A DNA stretch of 64,000 bases from the NCBI RefSeq assembly GCF_009914755.1, contig NC_060941.1; one strand, written 5' to 3'. Shown here piece after piece: positions 1 through 13,045 of the stretch. Position numbers and translations under genes: made by a program. Numbering within the stretch: the first letter of the stretch is position 1; each line of letters begins with the position of its first letter. Source of the DNA: the human T2T-CHM13v2.0 reference genome, Homo sapiens. Below the pieces are notes generated by a model. The model worked only from the letters and a program-made list of their open reading frames with translations, was not told where the DNA came from and ran no database searches.

Positions 1-55
1 CAGGCAGGCCTCCTTGAGCTGTGGTGGGCTCCACCCAGTTCGAGCTTCCCAGCTG

Positions 56-251
56 TGCTAGCAATCAGCGAGACTCCGTGGGCATAGGACCCCCCGAGCC
101 AGGTGCAGGATATAATCTCCTGGTGCGCCATTTTTTAAGCCCGTCAGAAAAGTGCAGTATTCGGGTGGGAGTGACCCGATTTTGCAGGTGCCATCTATCA
201 CCCCTTTCTCTGACTAGGAAAGGGAACTCCCTGACCCCTTGCGCTTCCTGA
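56..251 (+). pseudogene. Remnant of L1 antisense ORF0, start codon region deleted
   Basis: Translation CASNQRDSVGIGPPEPGAGYNLLVRHFLSPSEK matches the ORF0 mid/C-terminal part; the MAGAPPP N-terminus is absent. Confidence 0.8.
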
Positions 252-436
252 GTGAGGCAATGCCTCACCCTGCTTCGGCTCACGCACGGTGCGTGCACCC
301 ACTGACCTGCGCCCTAGTCAGTGACTGTCTGGCACTCCCTAGTGAGATGAACCCGGTACCTCAGATGGAAATGCAGAAATCACCCGTCTTCTGCATCGCT
401 CACGCTAGTTGCTGTAGACCGGAGCTATTCCTATTC

Positions 437-446
437 GGCCATCTTG
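437..446 (-). promoter_or_regulatory. L1 YY1-binding site (CAAGATGGCC)
   Basis: ggccatcttg at the expected position near the L1 5' end. Confidence 0.85.
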
Positions 447-2104
447 TCTCCTCTCCCCAAAAATAGTACTTTAAAAGAAGAATTATGTAACCCAGCTATA
501 ACTAGGACATCCAAGTCCAGTCTTAGTAGATTCTCACATTCATTCAATACCCACAGTGTTAAAAATTAATTAAATGTCTTGAGTTTATTGAGGTCTCTAG
601 AAGACATACCAACTATAAATTGTGTTCTATGACAAATGGAAGTGCTTGCTAAATAACAGTAGATAACACTTGCTGGGCAGTAATTCTGAACATAATCAGC
701 ATTTTAATGTATCCCTCTCCCTGAAGGGCCTCCAGATTACCTCCTGCTTTCCACGAGAATCTCATTTTTCTCTGCTTTTTTCCCTGCTTTCATGAGACCT
801 CACTGTTTCTTTCTTATCTTCATAACCTAATGATGTAGTCTATTCAATTTTTCTAATAATATGTCTTATCATTCTCTCATGTTTAAATTTTTTTAAAACC
901 TGTAATCTTGATGAGAAATGTCAAGTGACAGAAGACTCTAGCAGCTCAATGAGGCTGTGTTGGAATGAAGAAAGAAGAAAAAGATGTTTTTGTTTATTTG
1001 GTTGCTTGGTTGTTTTTTGTATTTTTTAAAGTAAGAACTACCATCTTTTCTATTACTTTTTCCTTGTTAACTCACACCCTTCATGTGTAGGGGGAGGCCA
1101 TACTAGCAAGAAGAGAGAAAACTGTCGTACAAATGAGAAGATGTAGAAGGAAGGATTGATAGGGGGTGATAGGGTCATATTTATTTTTTTGTTGTTGTTG
1201 TTCAATGGAACAATAAGCATTTGGAGTCTTTCACAGATGATGAAAGAGACTTGAGAAACAATAAACGGATTAAAATCCAAAAAAAAGATAATATTTTATT
1301 CAGGGAAAATGGAAAGAATAAGAATGCTCACCTTGGTATTTATGTTTTTTGGGAAAGCAGCAATGATGAATCTCTCAACAGAGTGACAAAAATGAGGAGA
1401 AGCCCTCTTTCAATGCAGAAATTGTGCTATAGGAAAGAGCAAGCAGGGGTAGAGGGATGAATCCCCTTTAGGACTCACTTCTTCCAAATATTCAGATCTT
1501 CTTTCCTTTAGGGAAGGTTACCTATGGGAAGGATGGTAACACTACTTCTTTTTCCTAATTCATTGACAATTTTTAAGATTTTTTTCCAGGTCTTTTCTTC
1601 TATCGCTGTTATATAAACAACTATTTCCATTTTTCTTTGGTGTATTTATATTAGTTATTCATTTGATTTTAAAAAGTGCCTTCTCTGAGACTCTTATGAT
1701 GGTATTGTGAGCACAGCCAACTCAGGTGAGGGATTTCTGCTCATGGGTGGTGACTTCAGGGTCCTATCTACCTCCCGACATTTGAGTCATTGTCAGATCT
1801 CTGGAAAGTCACCCTTAGAACTGTGCACACATCACCCTAGTAGGAAGGAGAAATGGAAGGCCAACTCTTGGAATTCTGACCATATCTTAGTTGTAAAAAC
1901 TACTTTTTGACCCACCAAAATTTAGAACCTATTTCTAAGGAAAGAGATCACATGATTACTGTATTTTAAAGAGGGAAGGGAAAATGGAACAAATGTCTAT
2001 TAGATATCTACAATAGTATCAATATTAAATAAACCCATTACATCACTTGCCTCATGCCATCCTTACAACTTTTTGAAGGGAAACACATGGGATTATAGAC
2101 AGTA

Positions 2105-2334
2105 AAACAGACTCCTAAGATTGTGGAGGCTGGTGCCAGAGAGCGACATACAAATCACACTCTGCCGCTTACTATCTGCAGAACATTAGGCCAGTCACAG
2201 AACTTCACTGTACCTCAGTTTCTATGTCTGGAAAGTGGAGATAATGTATTTGGTACCTACCTCATCAAGCTCTGTGGGAATAGTAATACAAGTTAATTAA
2301 AAATAACATGCTTTGTGGAATAGATGTTGCCTGG
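2105..2334 (+). mobile_element. MIR SINE
   Basis: Core-like cttcactgtacctcagtttctatgtctggaaagtggagataat...acctacctcat. Confidence 0.75.
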
Positions 2335-2690
2335 TATATTATTCCATTTCCACACTGCTGAGAAAGACATACCTGAGACTGGGTAATTTATAAAGAAAAA
2401 GAGCTTTAATGGACTCACAGTTCCATGTGGCTGGGGAGGCCTCACAATCATGGTGGGAGGTGAAAGGCACTTCTTACATGGTGGCAGCAAGAGAGAATGA
2501 GAACCAAGAAAAGGGGTTTCCCCTTATAAAACCATTAGGTCTCTTGAGACTTACTACCATGAAAACAGAAAGGGAGAAATCACCCCCATGATTCAATTAT
2601 CTCCCACCAGGTCGCTCCCATAACATGTGGGAATTATGGGAGCTACAATTCAAGATGAGATTTGGGTTAGGACACGGCGAAACCATATCA
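2335..2690 (-). mobile_element. THE1 (ERVL-MaLR) solo LTR
   Basis: gacatacctgagactgggtaatttataaag...gagatttggg...aaaccatatca; 5-bp TSD CCTGG at 2330-2334 and 2691-2695. Confidence 0.95.
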
Positions 2691-3049
2691 CCTGGTATGA
2701 TTACTGCCATCTAATTCACCAAGTTCACTTAGTTACTAAAAGGCAAAGGAGACACTCAACCTTGGTATTCACTGATTTCTAACACCTTGCTACCCTCTGC
2801 TAGTAACGGCCACATTCTGGAAGGGGGCATACCTGTGCTTTCTACTATAGGTTCCAGAGAAATGTAAGACTGTCTTGAGTCACCTAAAAGTACTCATTGA
2901 CTGAGGTTGAACATGGACTTAAAAGAAAGTAACTCAGAAAGGTAGAGGGAGTAAGCATCCGATTCAAAACCAAAACCTGTTGTTTCTTCCCGCAAAAAAG
3001 AAAATGCCAAATGAGATCACTCCTTGCTGACTCATCTACTGATCCCTAG

Positions 3050-3650
3050 ACCCAGCCATGATTAGCCTCTTCTAGACTGAAGCCGAAGTCCTACCATTGT
3101 TCTTCCTGCTTCCACCCACCCCAGTCAACTTCCCTGCTTAGATTTAAATTCATGTAATTTGGATCTTATCCCTGCATTGCTCAAAGCCCTTAGATGGCTC
3201 CTTCCATTTCTTTCTCAATCTGGCCCAAAGTCATTTGCAGGGCTCACCAGGTCTACACGTGCCACCCTCTGATTTTATCTCCTCAGGCTCTCCCAACTTT
3301 TAATCTGCTCCAGCCACAGAGGACCCTCTGATGCTCCATAAACCTACCAACCACACTCCTCAGTGGGCTTTGATGCTCTATTCCTTCTGCTTAGAATAAT
3401 CCTGCAAGATATCCACCTGGCTTGATGTCCTTTACTTTGAGCACGTTTCTACTCAAATGTCACCTCAAAAAGTTCTTCCCTGATGATGCTACCTAAAATA
3501 GCATTTCCTACCCTGTAGTCCTTACCTCTGTTTATTTTTCCTTACAGCGCTTACCAACTGAAAAAATTGTATATTGACTTATTTTTTTATTGGTCCATCT
3601 CCACCACTAGAATAAAAACTCTATGAGAACAGACACTTTTTTATTCTCCA
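3050..3650 (+). mobile_element. L2 3' fragment
   Basis: ctcaaagcccttagatggctc, ctgctccagccaca, ctcaaatgtcacctc, ccactagaataaaaactctatgagaacagacac. Confidence 0.75.
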
Positions 3651-3729
3651 CTGATTGGCAGGTATGACTTAAGGGAATAAAAATTGACGAATCTCAACAG
3701 CATTAGTAATCATCTCCTGGTAAACTCAT

Positions 3730-3945
3730 GTGCACCTATATTGCCTATGGAGCTCTGCGGCAGGTGCTTTATATGAATTATCTCATTTAATTCTGCTATT
3801 ACATTACTGCTACTATTAGACCTATTTTACATATAAAGAAACTGAGAGAAAGAGGCGAAAGCGGACCGATCGCTTTGCTCCAGTAATGTGCTGGCTGGGG
3901 ATTCCGTTGAATCGCTGCTTCATTCCAGAACCTAAGCTCTTAGTT
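3730..3945 (-). mobile_element. MIR SINE
   Basis: gtgctttatatgaattatctcatttaattct...ctattttacatataaagaaactgag. Confidence 0.7.
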
Positions 3946-5334
3946 ATATTACACTTTATGAAGGACCAATGATAAATTCCAGTTAATTCCATTGTTTTTT
4001 CCGTAGGACCAATTATAAATGTCAGCAATGAAAAAAGAGTGGTTATAAAAGGGTATTTGACCTCCATTTTCTCTGTTACTTCAGAGTTAAATTGCTAGTT
4101 GCCAAAAGGCAGGTAGTAGCTTGAACTTTCCTGCCATGCTAATTATGAAAATGAAGAGAATTTGAATGGAGCAGAGAGGACAGAGTTCAGAATTCTCAGC
4201 ATAAGAGACACTCACTTTCAGAAAGAACCTTGAATTTATCTCCATTTTAATGTCTTTCCACATTTTAAAATATTAGTTGAAAGGGGGATTTGAGAGGGCA
4301 GCATCGCCAAAATAAACATTCAACACACTGTTATACTAGAATTTTATTATACTCGGGTTCACAGGCGCCCCTGCTGCTGCTGCTGCCTGTCCGGAGACTG
4401 GTGAATCAGTGGTTGTGTCTGAAAAGGAGACAAATAGGATGGAAAAAATATCCATTTTCCTGTCTATGTGTGTACTTTAAAAGGCAGTAAGGTTGCATCA
4501 TGTACTTATGGGAACAAAGTGGTAAAAAAAAAATCTGGTTGAAGTATTGAATTAACTTCATGTCTTTTAACACCACCAAAACACACTTTTCTATTCATTT
4601 TTATGCAGCAGACATTTATATTTTTATATTGTCATGGAGACCAAATGGGACTCAAATGATTCTGCACATTATTATGGAATAATTTGTCTCCTGTGAAGTC
4701 ATTTTTTTAGTGATATATGCTGCGGATAGAAAAGATTAAAGAAACCAGCTAGAGAGGGTATATTTATGCAATGCAACAAGCACATACACAAAGAAGGATG
4801 ATGTAATAATGTAAGTAATTTAGAGGTTTTGGCAAGTACGTGGGTGGTAAGCCATGACTGCAGTCGACTCTCAAAAGTTGTGCTACATGCTCCTGGGGAA
4901 AGATCTTATTAATGTTTTTTCAAGAAACACTGGGGTTAAGATAGGATTCACTCAAGGTTAATCATTACTAATCTTCTGGCCCTGAAAGAAATAAAGATAT
5001 GTACTCACCCTCTTAATTTCCCCATCTGTAAATCTGGATACATATACAAAATATAAATTTTCTTCTCTAAAGATAAAAACGATAAAGTGAGCACCCACCT
5101 GCATCCCTCCACTCCCTGAAAGACCTTCACCCCCTAGAACATCTCTTTAGGGGTGTCAAAATTCATCTGTTTGGACCTCCCAGTTTTTGTCTGAGAGAAG
5201 AAAGACCATTTCAGTTGTTGGGAGTAAGAAGCAAATTGCATGATCCTCACGGAGTCCATCTGGGGGATGTGTTCTAATACAAACTTGGACAAAAGTGCTA
5301 AAATGCTTTCTTTTGTAATTATATCTTTTAAAAA

Positions 5335-5590
5335 GTAAATATTTTAAAAATAATTTTAGATTTGTAAAAATAATTGAAAATATAGTACAGAGTTATCTTG
5401 TGTACCCCTTGCACAATTTCCTCTACAGTTATCATCTTACATTATCCTGATAATTGTCCAAACTAAAAAATCCAACACTGATATTACTATTGATTAAAAA
5501 GCTGTCCTTACTTGAATTTTACCAGTTTTCCATATACGTCCTCATTCTGTCCCAGGATCCAGTCCAGGGTACCTCATTCCATTTAACAAT
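5335..5590 (-). mobile_element. Old L1MC-like 3' end fragment
   Basis: ataattttagatttgtaaaaataattgaaaatatagtacagag...tgtcccaggatccagtccaggg. Confidence 0.6.
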
Positions 5591-5738
5591 TGTTTCTTTA
5601 ATTCTTTAAATGGGAGTAGGGATGGGCATGCGTTCAAGTGTAAAGTTAACTAGACGGACAAACCAGGACCTAGACCTTAGACCTGGTCCTCAGGTCCTTG
5701 AGCTTGGGACCCTGAGCTAATTAACCTTGCTGGGCTTC

Positions 5739-6097
5739 TGTATTAGTCTGTTTTCATGCTGCTAATAAAGACATACCCAAGCCTGGATAATTTATAAAGA
5801 AAGAGATGTTTAATGGATTCACAGTTCCACATAGCTGGGGAGGCCTCACAATCATAGCGGAAGGTGAAAGGCATGTCTTACATGGTGGCAGGCAAGAGAA
5901 AATGAGAGCCAAGTGAAAGGGGAAACCCCTTAAAAAACCATCAGATTTCATGAGACTTATTCACTATCATGAGAATAGCACAGGAAAAACCCACCCTCGT
6001 GATTCAATTATATCCCATCAGGTCCCTCCCGCAATATGTGTGGATTACTACAGTTCAAGGGGAGATTTGGGTGGAGACACAAAGCCAGACCCTATCA
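5739..6097 (-). mobile_element. THE1 solo LTR
   Basis: tgtattagtctgttttcatgctgctaataaagacatacc...cctatca; TSD GCTTC at 5734-5738 and 6098-6102. Confidence 0.95.
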
Positions 6098-8351
6098 GCT
6101 TCCAAACCCCTACATGCTCTGCAAAATGAGGACCAAGTGAGCCATGTATCAGCCTGAGAAGAACACTGATATGGCATGGCCTTTTCTTGGCACAGTTTGT
6201 ACCACTCAGACAATGAAGAAGGAAAGTAATGAAGGAAAGTAAGCCCTCCTCACTTGTTCCCATTTGCATTTGCCAAGCTTGAGTTGACCATGCCATGCAG
6301 GAAATCAAAAAAGTAGGGAAACTCCCAACTGACCATGCTCTAGGAAAAGAATGATCCTGCTTGGGGAAAACAAGGATGGCTAATCATTTACAAGTTTCTA
6401 TCTCTGAAAGAATTTGCCTTTCACCTGAGATTCAAGTGGCCTTGAGGCAGAGAAGAAAGGAAAAGGAAACTGGCCAATCAAACCTTTTAGCAACCGTGTC
6501 TCTCCCTTTATCATCATCCACCCGCCCTCTTCACTTCCCTACTCACTGCCTTGTCCAGTGAGCTATCCACTGTGTTCCTGCCTGCTACAGCCTTTGCAGT
6601 GTCTCCCTCCCTCAGCAGGACACCAGTCCTTGCAAGCTTGCAAAGGCCAAACAAAACCGGGACTCACAAATATGTAACTGTTTTCCTTAGCTTGTGGCAT
6701 AAATCAAAAAAAAAGAAAGGAAAAAAAATTCTGTTAGCACAGGGCTCTGGAGTGTTTATTTTTTTGCCAGCTGCAACATGCTACCCTCACAGGGGATCAC
6801 CTAAAACCAGTTATGGTTTAGGTTGGAGGGGGATGTCAAACTTAAGCTGCGGGCTTGGCCTCTCTCAATGAATTACGACCTTGTCAAGAACCTATTTTTT
6901 TAAATCAATGCAGGTTTTCTATCAAATCAAATACCTGCACACTAAATTATATTTTTGGTGCCAGGCTGGCTCTCCAATTTTTTTTCCCTTTGCTAGTTTT
7001 TTCCAGCCTCCTCCCTTAACCCTCCTCCCTCTCCTTACTGTGATACAGACGGTTTTTGTCCATAAGAAGAAATTGAAAATCAAGTCCTACACTTGGAAGG
7101 GGAGATGGGGAACTGTCTTTTGTCATCCCTTGTACATGCACTACCAATGTTTACCATCTGTCTCAGGGGCTTAAGTGACAGAAGGGCTCCTATAGATGGA
7201 GTCAAGGCAGTCTCTTGGGATCTTTAACCCAGTAGCATAGAACACATTTGCTTTCAGAAGAAAGACATCTTTTTATTTCTTTTTAAAAATTTTTGATGGG
7301 TTTGAGGGTGGGATGATAAATGAGGGAGCCTTCTAATACAGGTGCTCAGATAAAAAGTTAAACATTTAGATAATTCTTCAAATGTACTGTTCAGACATTT
7401 CTCCCCATTATGTGACTTGATAATGTAAATAGATTTCAGAGAATCAAGGAATTATTTCCTTCCTTCCTTCCTTTCTTCCATCCTCCCATCTTTCCTTCCT
7501 CTCTTCTTTGCTTTCTTCTTTCCCTTTTTCAATGATTTCCTTTAAACAAGGGAGGAAACTCTTCTACCTCAGCTCCTGCTCTTCCTGGCAGATAAGAGAT
7601 AAAATTTTAGAGTGAGTTTTGTCTCCTAAATTGGTAAGTTAATGGAGAAAATATTAGAGCCAGAAATCCCTGCCCTTAGCCCCCCTGATGGAGCCAGCAG
7701 AGGCTGGAGGTGCCTACTGTGGGAATGTGGCAAGAATGATTTTTTAATAATAGGAATCTCCATGAATCAAAATTCACTTAGGGTAAAACCATGAAGGCAT
7801 ATAGCTCAGAGTTGGCACCCACATGGCCCCTTTACATGGCCCAAAAGCCTTTATTTGGTGGTTTTTCAATTAAATGCCACATATACTTCAGGCCATATGT
7901 AAAGGATCCTCAAATGAATTGCAAACTGTTTTCAATAGCAATGATGATGAATAAAACACCAATGAGCAAATCCTAATCAGTGGCGTCTGAGTCTCCAGAA
8001 ACCAAATCAAATATTTTCTGGTTGGACTCATGACATTTTTGATAGGCTGTCATAGTGCCAATGTCATCTTTACTGCACAATGAATAGCTAGTTTGGCAGG
8101 AATTCTGCTCCTCTTATTTCTTCCCACTTTATTCAGCTGAATACCACCACTCCTAGTGTGGTCTTTCCTGATGAAGGCATGCTTAGAAGTTCCTTTGATC
8201 AGGCAGTCTTTATTGTGAGTTTAGTTCCTTACATGAGAAGTACAAGATGGAAAAATGTGCCTAGAATGATCCTGGATGGGAAAACAGGAAAATATTCATT
8301 TACGCTCCAAAGTAAAAAAGGTAAGACACATAGCTGCGTTATGTGCACTAA

Positions 8352-8729
<378 letters not shown>

Positions 8730-9378
8730 TAATGGTTGTAATTCAATTGGACAAATATTTCACTGAATTCTTACTATGTTACAGTTCTCAATGCCAGGTG
8801 TCATAGGATCCAAATATGAACAGGACATGGTTTATAAACAGAGAAAGCTTATGAGAAACATCAACAATCAGAGATAATTCAGATAGACCTGGGCAAATGA
8901 TAAGAGTGGTCAGGTTGTTTTTGAGGCTCAGCATCCATTTGTTTCACCCTAGTGTTTCTTGGGAAAATTATCCTCATTACCCCTTGAGCCCTCAAACCAT
9001 CTGGTTTAGATGAAATTGATCTTGGTTTCAGCTTCAAGGATGGGCCGTGATTGCTCTGAGCTAATTAATGAATCTCATTCTCCTGACTTCAATGACTAGG
9101 GTTAAGACCTAATTCTCATCAGTAAGAACACAGCATGCACTTAAACTAGAGTTCAGATTCAAGAGGAAAAGGCCTAGAGTTTGCATCATGTAAAGTCAAA
9201 GATCAACAATCCCCCCAGAGAAGTAAACAGTAAGGAGCCAGGCTCACTGCATGAAATTTGGGACCACTCAAGGCTCCCCTGGCCCTGAAAAAAAGGCAGA
9301 AAGAGCAGTTGCTACTACCAGGGTTGAAGAGCCTTTAGAATTCTATGACTAAAAAAAGTGGAAAGAAACTGTCCCCGA

Positions 9379-9680
<302 letters not shown>

Positions 9681-9714
9681 GAAACTGTCCCTGAAAAGTA
9701 GATGCTTAGCCAGT

Positions 9715-10075
9715 AAGACACACTTCCCAATTCTTCTTGAATCCTAGTGGGGCCAGGAGACCAGTTCTTGCCAATGCAACGTCAACCAAAGTGGTGTGTC
9801 TCCCTTGCAATACAGGGTGATTAGGATCTTGCTGTGCTTCTCATCCCTTTGTTTCCCATCTTCCATCAGAAGATTCTGAGACCCTGAGAGATGGCAAACA
9901 TTTCCAAGATGAAAGGATTGTGAGGTCCTGAATTCCTGTATGGAAGGCTGTCTTCTGATGAGACACACTTACATTAGACTGTTGCTGAAAGGAGAGCTGA
10001 ATTTGTGTTGCATTAAGCCACTGAAATACTGTAGTTTATCAGTCAAATCGTTAAACTTAGCCTAATTGATAAACT
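9715..10075 (+). mobile_element. Old MLT1 (MLT1I/J-like) LTR fragment
   Basis: gaccagttcttgccaatg...gaggtcctgaattcctgtatggaagg...gcattaagccactgaaatact. Confidence 0.6.
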
Positions 10076-10395
10076 GGTGGAAGATGACAATAGAAGTCCC
10101 AGCACTAATCTAGGAATCTTGAAATACAGGCAGAAAGAACAGTACAACCAATAGGGCAGAAAATGTAAAAACAAGAGAGAAAGAAAAAATGTTCATTCAA
10201 GATGAGCTGATATACAATATTCCAAAACGTGAGCAAAACAAATACTCAGTAGAACGAACAACAAAAAACACTCTGGGGCGAATTAATTCTATTCAAAGTA
10301 AACCTATCTATGAGTTGATTAATAGAAAAGAGAGCAACCCGAAAATGACTGTGAGGTCTGTAGTTAATGTGGCTATTTTGTATCAAAAGAGGGAG

Positions 10396-10656
10396 TGTAT
10401 TAGTCTGTTTCTACACTGCTAATAAAGAAATACCTAAGACTGGGTAATTTATAAAGAAAACCAGGTTTAATGGGATCACAGCTCCACGTGGCTGGGGAGG
10501 CCTCACAATCATGGCTGAAGGTGAATGAGGAGCAAAGTCATGTCTTACATGGCAGTAGGCAAGAAAGTAGTGCAGGGAAACACCCCTTCATAAAACCATC
10601 AAATCTCATAAGACTTATTCACTATCATGAGAACAACACAGGAAAACCTGCCCCAT
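10396..10656 (-). mobile_element. THE1C-like LTR, truncated (about 100 bp of the LTR 5' part missing)
   Basis: tgtattagtctgtttctacactgctaataaag...ggaaaacctgccccat, then homology ends; no right TSD. Confidence 0.9.
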
Positions 10657-10833
10657 TGTGGGGGCAACAAAGCTTAGAGCCTGGGACAGGATCCTGTACT
10701 CAATTGTGCCTGCAGCCAGTCCCAATTTTGGACTGTTCAATTTCACTGACAAATACGGTTAACCCAATCCATGTTAGATGTTCTGTTAGTTAAAACATAA
10801 GTGTTCTTTCTATTTTTATTTTTATTTTTTCGC

Positions 10834-10999
10834 CAGGGTTGTCTTCTGGGCATCTGACCTGTGCAGCCAGGTAGGACCACATGCTCATACTTCGTTTAAT
10901 GCTCCGATGCCACCATCTTGAAATTCTTAATAGTTTTTGAACAAGGGCCCTGCATTTTTCATTTTGCACTGGGCCCCACAAAAGATGTAACAATATCTG
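10834..10999. mobile_element. MER91A-like hAT (Tip100) non-autonomous DNA transposon
   Basis: gacctgtgcag...tttaatgctc...catcttgaaattcttaata...cattttgcactgggcccc. Confidence 0.75.
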
Positions 11000-12819
11000 A
11001 TTAATGTATTTAATAAAAGTATAAGCGCTATGAAAATATAAAAGAGAGAAAGGTGATACTTAAAACATATTTGGAGGTGAAGTAAGGATTTGGACACATA
11101 GAAAAGAGGGCATAAAAAATGTTCTAGATGAAAGAAAATAATTTTTTAAAGTATGCAAAATGGTGTTGAAAAAGTGATCCATCTGCTTGTTGCCAGACCA
11201 TTACCTGCAAGGTTTGTGTTAGTGTTAGAAGAGAAAGTGAGACTAGAAGATCAGGCTGGCTCTGGATTGTGGGGTGCTGAATGGCCTAATGAGTATTTTG
11301 GAATTTATTCTTTAGAATACTGAGAAACAGCTAACAATTTTTACTTCTGCATGCTATTTAAAAATCTATGCTATTTATATTTATATATTGATTTAAATAC
11401 AATATTTAAATGTAAATATTTACATAGTCATGCATATATAAATATTTTATATATTTTAGAAAAAGATTTTGGGCAGAAGAATGACCCATTCCAAAATAAG
11501 CATAATTGTCCCGAGGTAGAGGACATTAAGGACTGTAATGCAGGATGACAAGAAGAAGACAGGTTTGAAAGAAATTTAAAGAGTAGATATTGCCTGGAAA
11601 GGTCTTAGCTCAGATCAAAGCAAATGGTAAGAGATCCATGAATATTAGCTAGGATATTTTTTTTTCCTCAAAATCAACAGGACATCTTGGAAAGGACAGA
11701 GTGGAAAAATTAGAAGTAAGTCTTAGGGATGTTGTTTGTTGTTTTCAGGGTTTTTTTTTTTTTTTCAGATTAATTCAATTATGTTCTACCCACACATCTA
11801 AGATAGAGAAAACACAAGTGTACATGCATCCCATAAATACAGAAAATTCTTTAATAAAGGAAGATACTGTACTCAGGAAGTCTTCTCCCATTAGATGGGA
11901 TGCTGAAGACTGGACATTGCATTCCCTCATTTATGGCTTTTCCTGAAATCATCCTCACACTGGTTCTAAGATGAACTTGCTCACTAAGAGCTCCTTGAAC
12001 TAAATTACCTTTATAATCTCTTCTAGGCTTTGGATTTGGGAATCTGGTATGGGAGAGGCAGAATCTCTCTTTGGAAATTAACTCTGAGAGAAGACAGTAC
12101 CCCAGGACACTTCCTTTTATTCTGCGGGATTTTAAATTCCTATAAATTAGGGGACACCAGAAGACATCACTTGCCTTAACTGAAAGAGTAACTGGAGACT
12201 GTTCATAATTATCTAAATTTTGTTTCCACTTGGGAGTTGGTGCTTTTGAATCACCATGAATATAAGCATCACACAGTCATATGTTATTTTTATTCTGGGA
12301 CTTCTATTGGAAAGGAATTTAAAAAAAATGAATTGCTAACTTTGGCCGCTTGGCACCAAAAGCAAGGCAGTGAAGATAAACTTAATTTTATTATAATCAT
12401 TATTAAATAAAGATTTGGGAAAACAGCAAGGGTATATTTGTGATAGAAATTATTAAAAATGTATGTAAATAACCATGTAGATTTTCTACATCCCTTAGGC
12501 TCCAACGAATATTCCAAATCACTACTGCCTCTTTGGAAACTTGATTTCTTTTTTTCTTTATTTGAGTAGTTATCAGTCCTGAGGTTCCCATTACATTAGG
12601 CCCATATTGAAAAAGTATTTCTGAGATGAGAAGCTGGCTTTAAAAATCAAAACATTTTCTTGTAAAAAGAGGACCTATTGTTTCAAAAACTAGACATTTA
12701 AATTCCAAGGTTATGGATATGTAATATGTAATATTTTTCCTCCATTTTGTAACCTAACATTCTCCTACTGTCTCTGGTAGCCAAGATTTTTTGTTTGCTG
12801 TTCACCAAGGAGATTGTTG

Positions 12820-13045
12820 AGGTAGTGCAGTGGAAAGAACACAAGGCCTAATGTCAATTTTGTTTCAGTCAAATCCTTATGCTCTTCCATTCTGCATGTG
12901 GTGGTAAGCAAATGGCATCACTACTCTGAGCCTCGATGACCGTCTGTAAAAGAAGGATTGTTAATATACATTACACCTATCTCAAAAGGTTGTTGTAAAT
13001 ATCAAATGAGAAAATGCACAAGAAAATAAATTGTAAACTACAAAC
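12820..13045 (+). mobile_element. MIR SINE
   Basis: gtgcagtggaaagaacac...ctctgagcctc...ctgtaaaa...ggttgttgtaaatatcaaatgagaaaatg. Confidence 0.75.

Larger units (their letters stand above)
1..458 (-). mobile_element. 5' UTR (5' terminus) of a young L1, L1PA2/L1PA3-like; the element continues left of the window
   Basis: Reverse complement of the L1 5'UTR (gtgagatgaacccggtacctcagatggaaatgcagaaatcaccc ... ctattcggccatcttg). Candidate TSD aaaaatagtacttt at 459-472 gives a TT/AAAG endonuclease site on the minus strand. Confidence 0.95.

Noticed and set aside
744-810. Degenerate direct repeat cctgctttc..gaga..ctca
   Set aside because: Short, diverged and pyrimidine-rich; not informative
4360-4390. 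CTCF-like ggcgcccctgctgc and a short (CTG)n
   Set aside because: Several core mismatches; the repeat is only about 4 units
7676-7695. CTCF-like agcccccctgatgg
   Set aside because: A single partial match, expected by chance in 64 kb
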